DNA of 64,000 nucleotides, taken from contig OZ024766.1 in assembly GCA_964016885.1 (NCBI GenBank), positions 186,001 to 250,000 of the forward strand. Reading direction: 5' to 3'. The position numbers were made by a program, and so were the translations under genes. Below, one piece after another: positions 29,365 through 46,339 of this stretch. The notes below the pieces were generated by a model that did no database searches, was not told where the DNA came from, and worked only from the letters and a program-made list of their open reading frames with translations. The stretch comes from Eledone cirrhosa. Lineage: Eukaryota. Position 1 is the first letter of the stretch. Each line of letters starts with the position of its first letter.

Positions 29365-30047
29365 CTAAGGACCTTTGTTAAGTTATGTTCCAAACAACAA
29401 CTTGATAATGAGAAAGTTATACTATTGTATTTTCACAGTAAAGGCTTTACCTCACATAAAATCTCACATAACATTTACATTACTCTATATATACTATTGT
29501 ATTTTCACAGTAAAGGCTTTACCTCACATAATATCTCACATAACATTTACATTACTCTATATATACTATTGTATTTTCACAGTAAAGGCTTTACCTCACA
29601 TAATATCTCACATAACATTTATATTACTCTATATATACTATTGTATTGTCACAGTAAAGACTTTACCTCACATAATATCTCACATAACATTTACATTACT
29701 CTATATATACTATTGTATTTTCACAGTAAAGGCTTTACCTCACATAATATCTCACATAACATTTACATTACTCTATATATACTATTATATTTTCACAGTA
29801 AAGGCTTTACCTCACATAATATCTCACATAACATTTATATTACTCTATATATACTATTGTATTTTCACAGTAAAGACTTTACCTCACATAATATCTCGCA
29901 TAATATCGAATCTATGAGATTTTGAAAGTATTTATTTTGAAAACAATACCTTAACATCAGTTTGAGCGACCAGTTACAGCCAGTTTCAACAGAAAGAGGT
30001 AGAGAATTCTGGACAGTTTTGGCTAGTTTGAACACTAAAGGGTTAAA
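29365..30047 (+). mobile_element. Non-autonomous piggyBac-like element end carrying a 72-bp tandem array (~6.7 copies, 29420-29905)
   Basis: 72-bp unit followed by aatatcgaatctatgagattttgaaag...aacactaaaGGG-TTAA. The same array and flank occur at 52110-54256, and homology ends at the TTAA. Confidence 0.65.
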
Positions 30048-30163
30048 CACTTTTGATTAAAGGGTTCAAGCAAATTGTTTGCAGTGTACTGTCCATGTTT
30101 CCAAAGAGCACAACAAAGCACTCAGAATGCAGACCTTGGTAATGTTTGTCTTAATATTGATGC

Positions 30164-30500
30164 CAGCAAGATAGGGAATTGACAGTTCAGAGTTTAATCC
30201 AATTGGTAAATTTCCAATCACAGTAGCATTACAATATCACAGAGCATATATATATATATATTTATAAAAGAAAGATTAACAAGTGTTTTAATTAAATCAA
30301 TTAATTGATTTATGACCAGTTCGTTAGAGTAACAAGAATATTCCATTCCTGTTTGAATAATTCCACAGAATTGATTAAATACAGATAAATACATTATGTT
30401 CAAGAACTGCAGTGAAGAAAGTAAAGGGGTTATAATGCAGCCGTGTCTGGAAATTTACCGATTCAATTAAACTCTGAACTATCTTTTACCTATCTTGCTG
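30164..30500. mobile_element. Putative MITE with ~53-bp imperfect terminal inverted repeats
   Basis: cagcaagatagggaattgacagttcagagtttaatccaattggtaaatttcca versus the reverse complement of tggaaatttaccgattcaattaaactctgaactatcttttacctatcttgctg. Confidence 0.55.
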
Positions 30501-30625
30501 TCGACTATAAAATCATATTTGTGATTTAAAATATTTCTTTACTTTTATATGGTTGCGTTTTCATTTAAACTTGTTTATATAAACGTTTGGAGTTAGAAGG
30601 CCAAAACAATGCAGGTATGGACTCA

Positions 30626-30924
30626 CTTCATTTTACGTCCCCTTTTCCCTGCTTGCAAGGGTGAGACTGGAACTGATTCTGGCTTGACTTCTACAGCTGG
30701 ATGCCCTTCCTAACACCAACCTCATTTACAGTGAGTGCTGGGTGCTTTTTTGCCGTGGCACCTCCACGACCACTTTGCAGTGGAATGATAGGGACTGAGG
30801 TCCCTATCATCTCATTTCTACAGCTGAGTAAACTGGAGCAATGTGAAATAAAGTGTCTTGCTCAAGGAAACAACACATCACCCGGTCTGAGAATTGAACT
30901 CACAACCTTTCGATTGCAAGGCCA
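30626..30924 (-). mobile_element. SINE family A, 5'-truncated
   Basis: Reverse complement is highly similar to 23935-24235. Confidence 0.85.
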
Positions 30925-30992
30925 TAGAATATAAATACAAATGCAAAAGATATCGCTGACAATTAGTCTTTTACCTTAAATTTATTTGAATA

Positions 30993-31029
30993 TCCTTAAT
31001 TTTCGAGACAATATCTCTTCTTCGGAGAA
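30993..31029 (-). ncRNA. Degenerate minimal hammerhead motif (core U4 to C)
   Basis: Minus strand: ttct CCGAAGA a gaga-tattg-tctc GAAA at TA agga. Confidence 0.35.
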
Positions 31030-31084
31030 TATATTTATGTATGTGTGTATATCACCATTGTTTAATGTCTAACTTCCACACTAG

Positions 31085-33738
31085 CATGTACATACACACA
31101 TACATATATAGACAAACACACTTATATACACATATACACATGTACATATACACATACATATATAGACAAACACACTTATATACATATATACACATGTACA
31201 TACATACATACATATACACAGACAAACACACTTATATATATACATACACATGTACGTACACACATACATATACACAAACACACATATACATATATACACA
31301 TGTACACATGTACACACATACATACACACAGACAAACACACTTATATACACATGTACATACACAGACAAACACACTTATATACATATATACACATGTACA
31401 TATACACATACATATATAGACAAACGCACTTATATACATATATACACATGTACACATGTACACACATACATACATATACACAGACAAACACACTTATATA
31501 TATATACACATGTACGTAGTCACATACATATACACAGACAAACACACTTATATACATATATACACATGTACATACACACATACATACACACAAACAAACA
31601 CACAGACAAACACACTTATATACACATATACACACGTACAAACACACTTATATACATATATACACATGTACACACACATACATACACGGACAAACACACT
31701 TATATACACATATACACATGTACACACACACTTATATACATATATACACATGTACACACACATACATACACGGACAAACACACTTATATACACATATACA
31801 CATGTACACACACACTTATATACATATATACACATGTACACACACATACATACACGGACAAACACACTTATATACACATATACACGGACAAACACACTTA
31901 TATACACATATACACATGTACACACACACTTATATACATATATACACATGTACACACACACATACATACACGGACAAACACACTTATATACACATATACA
32001 CATGTACACACACACTTATATACATATATACACATGTACACACACATACATACACGGACAAACACACTTATATACACATATACACATGTACACACACACT
32101 TATATACATATATACACATGTACACACACATACATACACGGACAAACACACTTATATACACATATACACATGTACACACACACTTATATACATATATACA
32201 CATGTACACACACATACATACACGGACAAACACACTTATATACACATATACACATGTACACACACACACACAAACACACTTATATACACATATACACAGA
32301 CAAACACACTTATATACATATATACACATGTACACACACACTTATATACATATATACACATGTACAAACACATACAAATACACAGACAAACACACTTATA
32401 TACACATATACACATGTACACACACACTTATATACATATATACACATGTACAAACACATACATACACGGACAAACACACTTATATACACATATACACATG
32501 TACACACACACTTATATACATATATACACATGTACACACACATACATACACGGACAAACACACTTATATACACATATACACATGTACACACACACTTATA
32601 TACATATATACACATGTACATACACACATACATACACGGACAAACACACTTATATACACATATACACATGTACATACACACATGTACATACACACAGACA
32701 AACATACTTATATACACATATACACATGTACATACACACATGTACATACACACATGTACATACACACAGACAAACGCACTTATATACACATATACACATG
32801 TACATACACACATGTACATACACACAGACAAACACACTTATATACACATATACACATGTACACACACATACATACACGGACAAACACACTTATATACACA
32901 TATACACATGTACACACACACTTATATACATATATACACATGTACACACACATACATACACGGACAAACACACTTATATACACATATACACAGACAAACA
33001 CACTTATATACACATATACACATGTACACACACACTTATATACATATATACACATGTACACACACACATACATACACGGACAAACACACTTATATACACA
33101 TATACACATGTACACACACACTTATATACATATATACACATGTACACACACATACATACACAGACAAACACACTTATATACACATATACACAGACAAACA
33201 CACTTATATACACATATACACATGTACACACACACATACATATATACACATGTACACACACATACATACACGGACAAACACACTTATATACACATATACA
33301 CATGTACACACACACTTATATACATATATACACATGTACACACACATACATACATGGACAAACACACTTATATACACATATACACATGTACACACACACT
33401 TATATACATATATACACATGTACACACACATACATACACGGACAAACACACTTATATACACATATACACATGTACACACACACTTATATACATATATACA
33501 CATGTACACACACATACATACACAGACAAACACTTATATACACATATACACATGTACACACACACTTATATACACATATACACATGTACACACACACATA
33601 CATACACAGACAAACACACTTATATACACATATACACATGTACACACACACTTATATACACATATACACATGTACACACACACATACATACACAGACAAA
33701 CACACTTATATACACATATACACATGTACACACACACT

Positions 33739-33772
<34 letters not shown>

Positions 33773-33790
33773 TACATACATACACACGGC
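31085..33790 (+). repeat. CA-rich complex minisatellite (cggacaaacacacttatatacacatatacacatgta... units)
   Basis: Recurring higher-order units built on an AC/AT background. Confidence 0.9.
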
Positions 33791-33869
33791 ACTTTACAAA
33801 TTAGTTACAATATGGGAATGAACCACCTGCTTTGACAATCAATATATGTTGCCTGCAACACTATCAAGT

Positions 33870-33916
33870 GTGTATATATGTGTATATATATATATGTGTT
33901 TGTGTGTATATATGTG

Positions 33917-33955
<39 letters not shown>

Positions 33956-33996
33956 ATTTGTATATTGTCAATGTGAATGTTTTTCATAACACATAC

Positions 33997-34064
<68 letters not shown>

Positions 34065-34071
34065 ATATATG

Positions 34072-34167
<96 letters not shown>

Positions 34168-34213
34168 CATGTATTTGTATATTTTCAATGTGAATGTTTT
34201 TCATAACACATAC

Positions 34214-34293
<80 letters not shown>

Positions 34294-34508
34294 ATATGTA
34301 TATATATATATATATATGTGTGTGTGTATATATATATATATGTATATATGTGTGTGTGTGTGTGTATATATATGTATATATATATTTGTGTGTATATGTA
34401 TATATATATTTGTGTGTATATGTATATATATATTTGTGTGTATGTGTATATATATATTTGTGTGTATGTGTATATATATATTTGTGTGTATATGTATATA
34501 TATATTTG

Positions 34509-34543
<35 letters not shown>

Positions 34544-34546
34544 ATG

Positions 34547-34578
<32 letters not shown>

Positions 34579-34766
34579 TATATATTTGTGTGTATATACA
34601 TTTGTATATATGTATGTATATACATTTGCATATACATGCATATAAATAAACAAGCTTTCTTCATGTTAACATGATTTTGTTCTTGCGGTGCTTAATCCTT
34701 TTATATATATACACACACACACACATATATATATATATGTATGTACACACACACACACATATATAT

Positions 34767-34802
<36 letters not shown>

Positions 34803-34828
34803 GTATGTACACACACACACATATATAT

Positions 34829-34860
<32 letters not shown>

Positions 34861-34888
34861 GTATGTACACACACACACACATATATAT

Positions 34889-34919
<31 letters not shown>

Positions 34920-35123
34920 CATATATATATATTTATCTATACATACATACATTTATATATATATATATACATATATACATACATATATATATTTATCTAT
35001 ACATTTATATACATATATACATACATTTATATATTTATCTATACATTTATATATATATATATACATACATAGACATATATATATATATATATATATGTCT
35101 ATATTTCATATATATATATATAT

Positions 35124-35154
<31 letters not shown>

Positions 35155-35258
35155 TGTATACATTTATAGATATATATACATACATAGATATATATACATA
35201 CATAGACATATATATATACATACATATATATATATATATATATATCTATATATATATA
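33870..35258. repeat. Compound (AT)/(GT)/(AC) microsatellites
   Basis: Directly visible; includes a short local duplication (caatgtgaatgtttttcataacacatacg twice). Confidence 0.9.
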
Positions 35259-35307
35259 AACCAATACGACTTTTTAAACCTGTTTGTTGTTTCCCCTTAA
35301 CTACATG

Positions 35308-38106
35308 CACATGAAGGGAAACCATTGCGCCGGCGGATTTCCAAGATATACCCCCCCCCCCCCACCACCACCACCACCACCACCACCAGTTCATCACAGA
35401 TCCTCCTCCATGTTTAACAGTTGGAAGAAGGCACTCTGGGTCAAATGCTTCTTTTGGCTGTCTCCACTCTGGCCGGTGGTCGGAAATAAGGTTAAGGATG
35501 ACTTGTCCGAGAAAATAAAATCCTTCCACTGCTCTAGGGACCAATTCTGTAGGTTTTTACTCCACTCTAAACGCTTTGCAACGTTTGTTTTTGAAAGTAG
35601 TGGTTTTCTGATTGCAGCCCTCCCCCATGAAATCCGGCTTTCTGCAGCTCCCGGTGAACAGTTTTTGTGGAAACTGGGTTCTCGAGGTGGTCATTAAGCT
35701 CTGCAGTAATTTTGGGAGCTGTACCGGTTTTCAGATTGCAGCCCTCCTGTGAAATCCAGCTTTCTGCAGCTCCCGGTGAACAGTTTTTGTGGCAACTTGG
35801 TTCTTGAAGTAGTCATTAAGATCTGCAGTAATTTTGGGAGCTGTACTGGTTTTCTGATTGCAGCCCTCCTGTGAAATCCGGCTTTCTGCAGCTCCCGGCG
35901 AACAGTTTTTGTGGAAACTGGGTTCTCGAGGTAGTCATTAAGCTCTGCAGTAATTTTGGGAGCTGTACCGGTTTTCAGATTGCAGCCCTCCTGTGAAATC
36001 CGGCTTTCTGCAGCTCCCGGCGAACAGTTTTTGTGAAAACTGGGTCCTCGAGGTAGTCATTAAGCTCTGCAGTAATTTTGGGAGCTGTACTGGTTTTCTG
36101 ATTGCAGCCCTCCTGTGAAATCCAGCTTTCTGCAGCTCCCGGTGAACAGTTTTTGTGGCAACTTGGTTCTTGAAGTAGTCATTAAGATCTGCAGTAATTT
36201 TGGGAGCTGTACTGGTTTTCTGATTGCAGCCCTCCTGTGAAATCCGGCTTTCTGCAGCTCCCGGCGAACAGTTTTTGTGGAAACTGGGTCCTCGAGGTAG
36301 TCATTAAGCTCTGCAGTAATTTTGGGAGCTGTACTGGTTTTCTGATTGCAGCCCTCCTGTGAAATCCAGCTTTCTGCAGCTCCCGGTGAACAGTTTTTGT
36401 GGCAACTTGGTTCTTGAAGTAGTCATTAAGATCTGCAGTAATTTTGGGAGCTGTACTGGTTTTCTGATTGCAGCCCTCCTGTAAAATCCAGCTTTCTGCA
36501 GCTCCCGGCGAACAGTTTTTGTGGAAACTGGGTTCTCGAGGTAGTCATTAAGCTCTGCAGTAATTTTGGGAGCTGTACTGGTTTTCTGATTGCAGCCCTC
36601 CTGTGAAATCCGGCTTTCTGCAGCTCCCGGTGAACAGTTTTTGTGGAAACTGGGTACTCGAGGTGGTCATTAAGCTCTGCTGTAATTTTGGGAGCTGTAC
36701 TGGTTTTCTGATTGCAGCCCTCCTGTGAAATCCAGCTTTCTGCAGCTCCCGGTGAACAGTTTTTGTGGCAACTTGGTTCTTGAAGTAGTCATTAAGATCT
36801 GCAGTAATTTTGGGAGCTGTACTGGTTTTCTGATTGCAGCCCTCCTGTGAAATCCGGCTTTCTGCAGCTCCCGGCGAACAGTTTTTGTGGCAACTTGGTT
36901 CTTGAAGTAGTCATTAAGATCTGCAGTAATTTTGGGAGCTGTACTGGTTTTCTGATTGCAGCCCTCCTGTGAAATCCGGCTTTCTGCAGCTCCCGGCGAA
37001 CAGTTTTTGTGGAAACTGGGTTCTCGAGGTAGTCATTAAGCTCTGCAGTAATTTTGGGAGCTGTACCGGTTTTCAGATTGCAGCCCTCCTGTGAAATCCG
37101 GCTTTCTGCAGCTCCCAGCAAACAGTTTTTGTGAAAACTGGGTCCTCGAGGTAGTCATTAAGCTCTGCAGTAATTTTGGGAGCTGTACTGGTTTTCTGAT
37201 TGCAGCCCTCCTGTGAAATCCAGCTTTCTGCAGCTCCCGGTGAACAGTTTTTGTGGCAACTTGGTTCTTGAAGTAGTCATTAAGATCTGCAGTAATTTGG
37301 GGAGCTGTACTGGTTTTCTGATTGCAGCCCTCCTGTAAAATCCAGCTTTCTGCAGCTCCCGGCGAACAGTTTTTGTGGAAACTGGGTTCTCGAGGTAGTC
37401 ATTAAGCTCTGCAGTAATTTTGGGAGCTGTACTGGTTTTCTGATTGCAGCCCTCCTGTGAAATCCGGCTTTCTGCAGCTCCCGGTGAACAGTTTTTGTGG
37501 AAACTGGGTACTCGAGGTGGTCATTAAGCTCTGCTGTAATTTTGGGAGCTGTACTGGTTTTCTGATTGCAGCCCTCCTGTGAAATCCGGCTTTCTGCAGC
37601 TCCCGGCGAACAGTTTTTGTGAAAACTGGGTCCTCGAGGTAGTCATTAAGCTCTGCAGTAATTTTGGGAGCTGTACTTTTGTGATCCTTTCTAACAATTC
37701 ACGTAAGAGTCCGACGGTCCCAATCTGAAAGTTTTGGTTTTCTTCCGGAGTTTTGTTTCGACGAGGAGGTTTTTTTTTTTCCCTCTTTTTCAAAGGCTGT
37801 CATTACTTTCAAGACAATACTCCTTGATACACCAAACATTTCGGCTGTTTTCTTTATGTTAGCGCCTGCCATACGAGCACCAACAATTTGACCTCTTTGA
37901 AAGTCCAATAGATCAGTCATTTTAATGAATTTTAGTTACATTTTTCTGATGATATCTGAAAAGAAACAGCAATGTTAACAAAACATATTAAACAAAACTA
38001 ATAATAAATCAAAAAACATAAAAATAAACAAGCTTTTGACGGTTTTATAGATATTTCAATATTATGATGCTATGATGCTAGGTGTGTCCATTATTTTGTC
38101 CAACCC

Positions 38107-38109
<3 letters not shown>
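35308..38109 (-). mobile_element. Tc1/mariner transposon, defective, 3'-truncated
   Basis: TA|CAGGGGTTGGACAAAATAATGGACAC terminus at 38109. Transposase N-terminus MTDLLDFQRGQIVGARMAGA...FGVSRS...SGRKPKLS, second HTH (TAPKITAEL...VSTKTVRRELQKAGF), catalytic start (WKDFIFSDKS; PTVKHGGGSVMNW..GGISW). Confidence 0.92.
35601..37677 (-). repeat. 122-bp tandem array (17 units) formed from Tc1 transposase coding sequence
   Basis: ctgtac recurs at 35719, 35841, 35963, 36085 ... 37671 (period 122). Confidence 0.95.
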
Positions 38110-41650
<3,541 letters not shown>

Positions 41651-41831
41651 TGGCTTCTGTATGTTAACTTTCTCTTAAAGAAATAATGTTATAGTGTGTG
41701 TGTGTTTGAGTGTGTTTGTGTGTTTGAGTGTGTGTGTGTGTGTGTTTGTGGGTGTGTTTGAGTGTGTGTTTGAGTGTGTGTCACTGGGTTGTGGTTGTTC
41801 AAGAAAATACACACTCTTCTGAACACACACA

Positions 41832-42178
41832 CACATACACAAGTGTGTACACATACACAAGTGTGTACACATACACAAGTGTGTACACATACACAACTGT
41901 GTACACATACAGAAGTGTGTACACATACACAACTCTGTACACATACACAAGTGTGTACACATACACAACTCTGTACACATACACTAGTGTGTACACATAC
42001 ACATGTGTGTACACATACACAACTCTGTACACATACACAAGTGTGTACACATACACAAGTGTGTACACATACACAAGTGCGTACACATACAGAAGTGTGT
42101 ACACATACACAAGTGTGTACACATACAGAAGTGTGTACACATACAGAAGTGTGTACACATACACAAGTGTGTACACAT
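41832..42178 (+). repeat. 18-bp tandem repeat, ~19 copies
   Basis: Unit acatacacaagtgtgtac. Confidence 0.9.
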
Positions 42179-42277
42179 ATAATACATACATGCATACTCA
42201 TAATATAAAAATATGTATATACAAACATATATAGATATATGTATGTATATATATATATATATGTCTATATATAGAAG

Positions 42278-42328
42278 AGCTTCTACAGGACTAGAACTGT
42301 TTCATTCGTGAGAAATCATCAGGAAGCT
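42278..42328 (-). ncRNA. Type I hammerhead ribozyme motif, same family as 23660-23708
   Basis: Minus strand: agcttc CTGATGA tttc-tcac-gaat GAAA cag-ttctagtc-ctg TA gaagct. 6-bp stem I. Confidence 0.7.
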
Positions 42329-42629
42329 GTAGAAGCTTTTTCTATATTAAAACATTTATACTCCATGTATTGAGTACCTTACTTACTGTGGTTACCCCTG
42401 ATTGAACCTGGAATAACTTATCTACGTATATATGTATGTATATCATCCATTCATATATATATATGTATGTATGTATATATATATGTATATATATATGTAT
42501 GTATATATATATGTATATATATATGTATGTAATATATGTATATATATATGTATATATATATGTATGTAATATATGTATATATATATGTATATATATATGT
42601 ATGTAATATATGTATATATATATATATAT

Positions 42630-42740
42630 ATCGTTTCTGAATTTGTTTAGCAACATTCTTTATCTGAAAACAGGAGTGAATGCAACTGGTGCGTGTGTTT
42701 CTTATTGGCAACATGACCCTCCCAAAGCTTAACAATATAT
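42630..42740. repeat. Interspersed TA-flanked repeat, internally inverted relative to the copy at 467-590
   Basis: tcgtttctgaatttgtttagcaa.attctttatctgaaaa is shared in the same orientation. The following part (gcaactggtgcgtgtgtttcttattg.caacatgaccctcccaaag) is the reverse complement of about 535-582. Confidence 0.75.
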
Positions 42741-43014
42741 ATATATATATATAAATTAGAAAGATCGAGTATCGAAAAATCGGCGCACGAGTTCACGATA
42801 AACAATATTCGAAATGAGCGGCAGAGGGCTCAATAATTCAGATGAATCAGAGCTATAACTATCGTTAAAATACCGTCACACATAGAACAAGTCTAAAATC
42901 AACCATATGATAAAAAATCGATAATAGAAGATTCGGGACAAACAGATAAAAAATATCAATAAAACAATACATCAATAATTTAAATGAATGTAAAATCATA
43001 CCCGGACCCACTAG

Positions 43015-43065
<51 letters not shown>

Positions 43066-43072
<7 letters not shown>

Positions 43073-43400
43073 AGAACAAAAGATGGTTAAAGGAGTTCCA
43101 TGTATTTTATTATGCGCATTTCAAAAACAAATATCATCATGCAATAATATTTGTGTTTTCATCAGATAAAACAGGAGGACATGATATGAAGGCTAAAAAA
43201 CACTTGTGGATAGTTCAGTTTTAAATCAACATAATAAAATACATGGAACTCCTTTAAATCAGCATAATAAAATACATGGAACTCCTTTAACCATCTTTTG
43301 TTCTTATATATTATGTATACTCCAGTCCCACAAACTGTAGAGTGCTTCTTATCCGATATCTGCATTGCTTTATTGTACTACAATAAAACTCACCTCCTAC
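43066..43400. repeat. Interspersed repeat with inverted 5' duplication (family of 21585-21728)
   Basis: aagaacaaaagatggttaaaggagttccatgtattttattatgc (43072-43115) is inverted against gcataataaaatacatggaactcctttaaccatcttttgttctt (43262-43305). Confidence 0.8.
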
Positions 43401-43967
43401 ATATATATATATATATATATACATGAAAAACATGGAGAAGAATACTGCATGGTTGCACATGGATTACATATTATAAAATTAGTCCCTCATCAGTGATTTG
43501 CCAACCATCATTGGTATTTCATCGCATTAAAAATCAGATACCTCAGGTTGGTGCGAGCAATAACTAAAATAAGCTATTGGGACAAGTGAAACGCGTAAAG
43601 TGAGTGGGACAAGTAAACAACAGAAGGAAAAGCAAATATATATATAAATGTCAGGTCACACTTGAGTGCTATTGGTAACATGTAACCCAGTATAACTTGT
43701 CACATGGTCGGGTAGTCGGCGACTAAACCGGCAACCCCACGAAGTTTACTTGGTGAGGAGGGTGATTTGGGACACCCCGCAGGACAAAAAACAAAACCTG
43801 ACAAAGGGCAGAAGAACTCGTAAGAGTCAACGGCCATCCAAAAGTGTGTAAATATGTATATAGACATGTACCGCAGGGTTAAACCACTGGGAGTGAAGGC
43901 ATCGGTAGGGGTTCTCCTACATGGATATAAAGTAGTGGCCGTACTCGAAAACGAGTTGGCAGCCACC

Positions 43968-44182
43968 ATATATATATATATATATGTATGTATATATATA
44001 TGTATGTATATGTATGTATATATATATGTATATGTATGTATATATATATGTATGTATATGTATGCATATATATGTATGCATATATATATATGTATATATA
44101 TATGTGTATGTATATGTATGCATATATATATATGTATATATATATGTATATGTATGCATATATATATATGTATATATATATG

Positions 44183-44213
<31 letters not shown>

Positions 44214-44412
44214 GTAAATGTATGTATATATATATATGTATTTTATATGTATATATATATATGTATTTTATATGTATATATATGTATATGTATGTATATA
44301 TATGTATATGTATGTATATATATGTATATGTATGTATATATATGTATATGTATGTATATGTATGTATATATATGTATATGTATGTATATATATGTATATG
44401 TATGTATATATG

Positions 44413-44446
<34 letters not shown>

Positions 44447-44541
44447 TATGTATTTTATATATATATGTATTTTATATGTATATATATATATATGTATACA
44501 TATATATACATATATACATATATATATATACATATATATAT

Positions 44542-44574
<33 letters not shown>

Positions 44575-45512
44575 TATATACATATATATATATACATATA
44601 TACATATATATATATACATATATACATATATATATATACATATATACATATATATATATACATATATATATATACATATATACATATATATATATACATA
44701 TATATATATACATATATATATATACATATATATATATACATATATATACATATATTTATATACATATATATACATACATATATATACATATATATATACA
44801 GTTTTATATACAGTTTTATAGGAAATATTCTAGCTAGCCCCTTTAACAAGAAGCGAGAGAATTTTACGTTCGTTATTTCCATCACTTATCACAATAGTTT
44901 AAACTATTCTGAAATTCTAGTAACATTACGCTATTCTGTCATTCTTACTCTCACTCATTCCTGTTCAGATTACATGATCTTTTAATCTCTCATTCTTCTT
45001 CTTTTTTTTTTTGCTTTTGTTTTATCGAACGAGAAAATTTTTTTTAATGATTTTTACGTTTTATTATTTTGTTTGTTGTATTTTTTTATCATTTTTATAT
45101 GAAATTATTATTTTTTTTCTTTCTCAAATATTTCTTTCTCATAATATTGTTTAATTATCCGGAAATCATACATACACACGTGTGTATATATATATATATA
45201 AATGTATATATATATATATATATAAATGTATATATATATATATAAATGTATATATATATATAAATGTATATATATATATAAATGTATATATATATATATA
45301 AATGTATATATATGTATATATAAATGTATATATATGTATATATATATGTATATATATGTATATATAAAGGTATATATATATGTATATATAAATGTATATA
45401 TATGTATATATATGTATATATAAAGGTATCTATATATATATATATATATATAAATGTATATATATATATATATAAATGTATATATATATATATATAAATG
45501 TATATATATATA
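43968..45512. repeat. (AT)/(GTAT)/(ACAT) microsatellite field
   Basis: Directly visible. Confidence 0.85.
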
Positions 45513-45578
45513 TTAGCTCTATTGGCGGCCAGCGTTCCAAAATACCTTATCCCGTGCAACACCGGGTACCACTGCTAG
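45513..45578 (+). mobile_element. Helitron-like 3' terminus
   Basis: Subterminal hairpin cccgtgcaacaccggg followed 8 nt later by CTAG|T (45575-45579). Confidence 0.55.
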
Positions 45579-45759
45579 TCTTTCATTTATATCTTTCATT
45601 TAATTTTAAGTTTATTTTTTGACTGGCCACCTTCCCGGTGGCAAGGTTGTAAAGAAAAGGAAATTGTCACCTTCTGTCGTGTAAGTGTTCATCACTTAAA
45701 TTGTAAGAATGTCCTATTGCTGGAAGTTTCCATATATCGCAGCCATTTGTAGCTTATTG

Positions 45760-46145
45760 AGGAGCCGAGATGGTGGGGCTGGATCGAGGGGACGGCAAAA
45801 GGCCAGATGGCATGACCATCTTACCATTCTGCGGTGGAAAACTTGGGATGCCACTTGCACCGACACTTTCTGCAGCCGCAACCTGGTGCAGTCTGCGACT
45901 GACCCAGGTTCTGCTGCACGTCGGGCTGAGGGGGCCAAACTCCTCAAATACCGGCCGCTCTCCGACAGGTTTGCGGTCGTTCCCCTGACAGTAGAGACTT
46001 CTGGTGTCCTCGGCCCCAGGGCTACCTCCTTACTCACCACCATAGGCGCCGAGCTGGCCAGCCGCAGGTGTGAGCCCCGCGAGTTGGAGTGGCTTTTCCA
46101 GCGCGTCTCCCTTGCCGTCTTCCAGGGAAACGCCTTCTCAATTCA
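45760..46145 (+). mobile_element. CRE-clade non-LTR retrotransposon fragment: restriction-like endonuclease domain (frameshifted)
   Basis: GLDRGDGKRPDGMTILPF / WDATCTDTF...AARRAEGAKLLKY..L...VPLTVETSGVLGP...LFQRVSLAVFQGNA. GC-rich relative to its surroundings. Confidence 0.8.
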
Positions 46146-46339
46146 ACTTCAGTCTTACTTTGGTCCAGGTGGGTTTGTATATAACCTGTCGCTCCCATGA
46201 TAAGTATCAAGCTGTAGGTGTATCTTGGATACTGGTTCAGTAAACTCCTCTTCAATGGTCCATAGATATCCCCCTTCTCTTTCATTTTTCTTACTACATC
46301 GATATCAAGAGGGCATCAGGCTGTGGTATACATCCAGTG

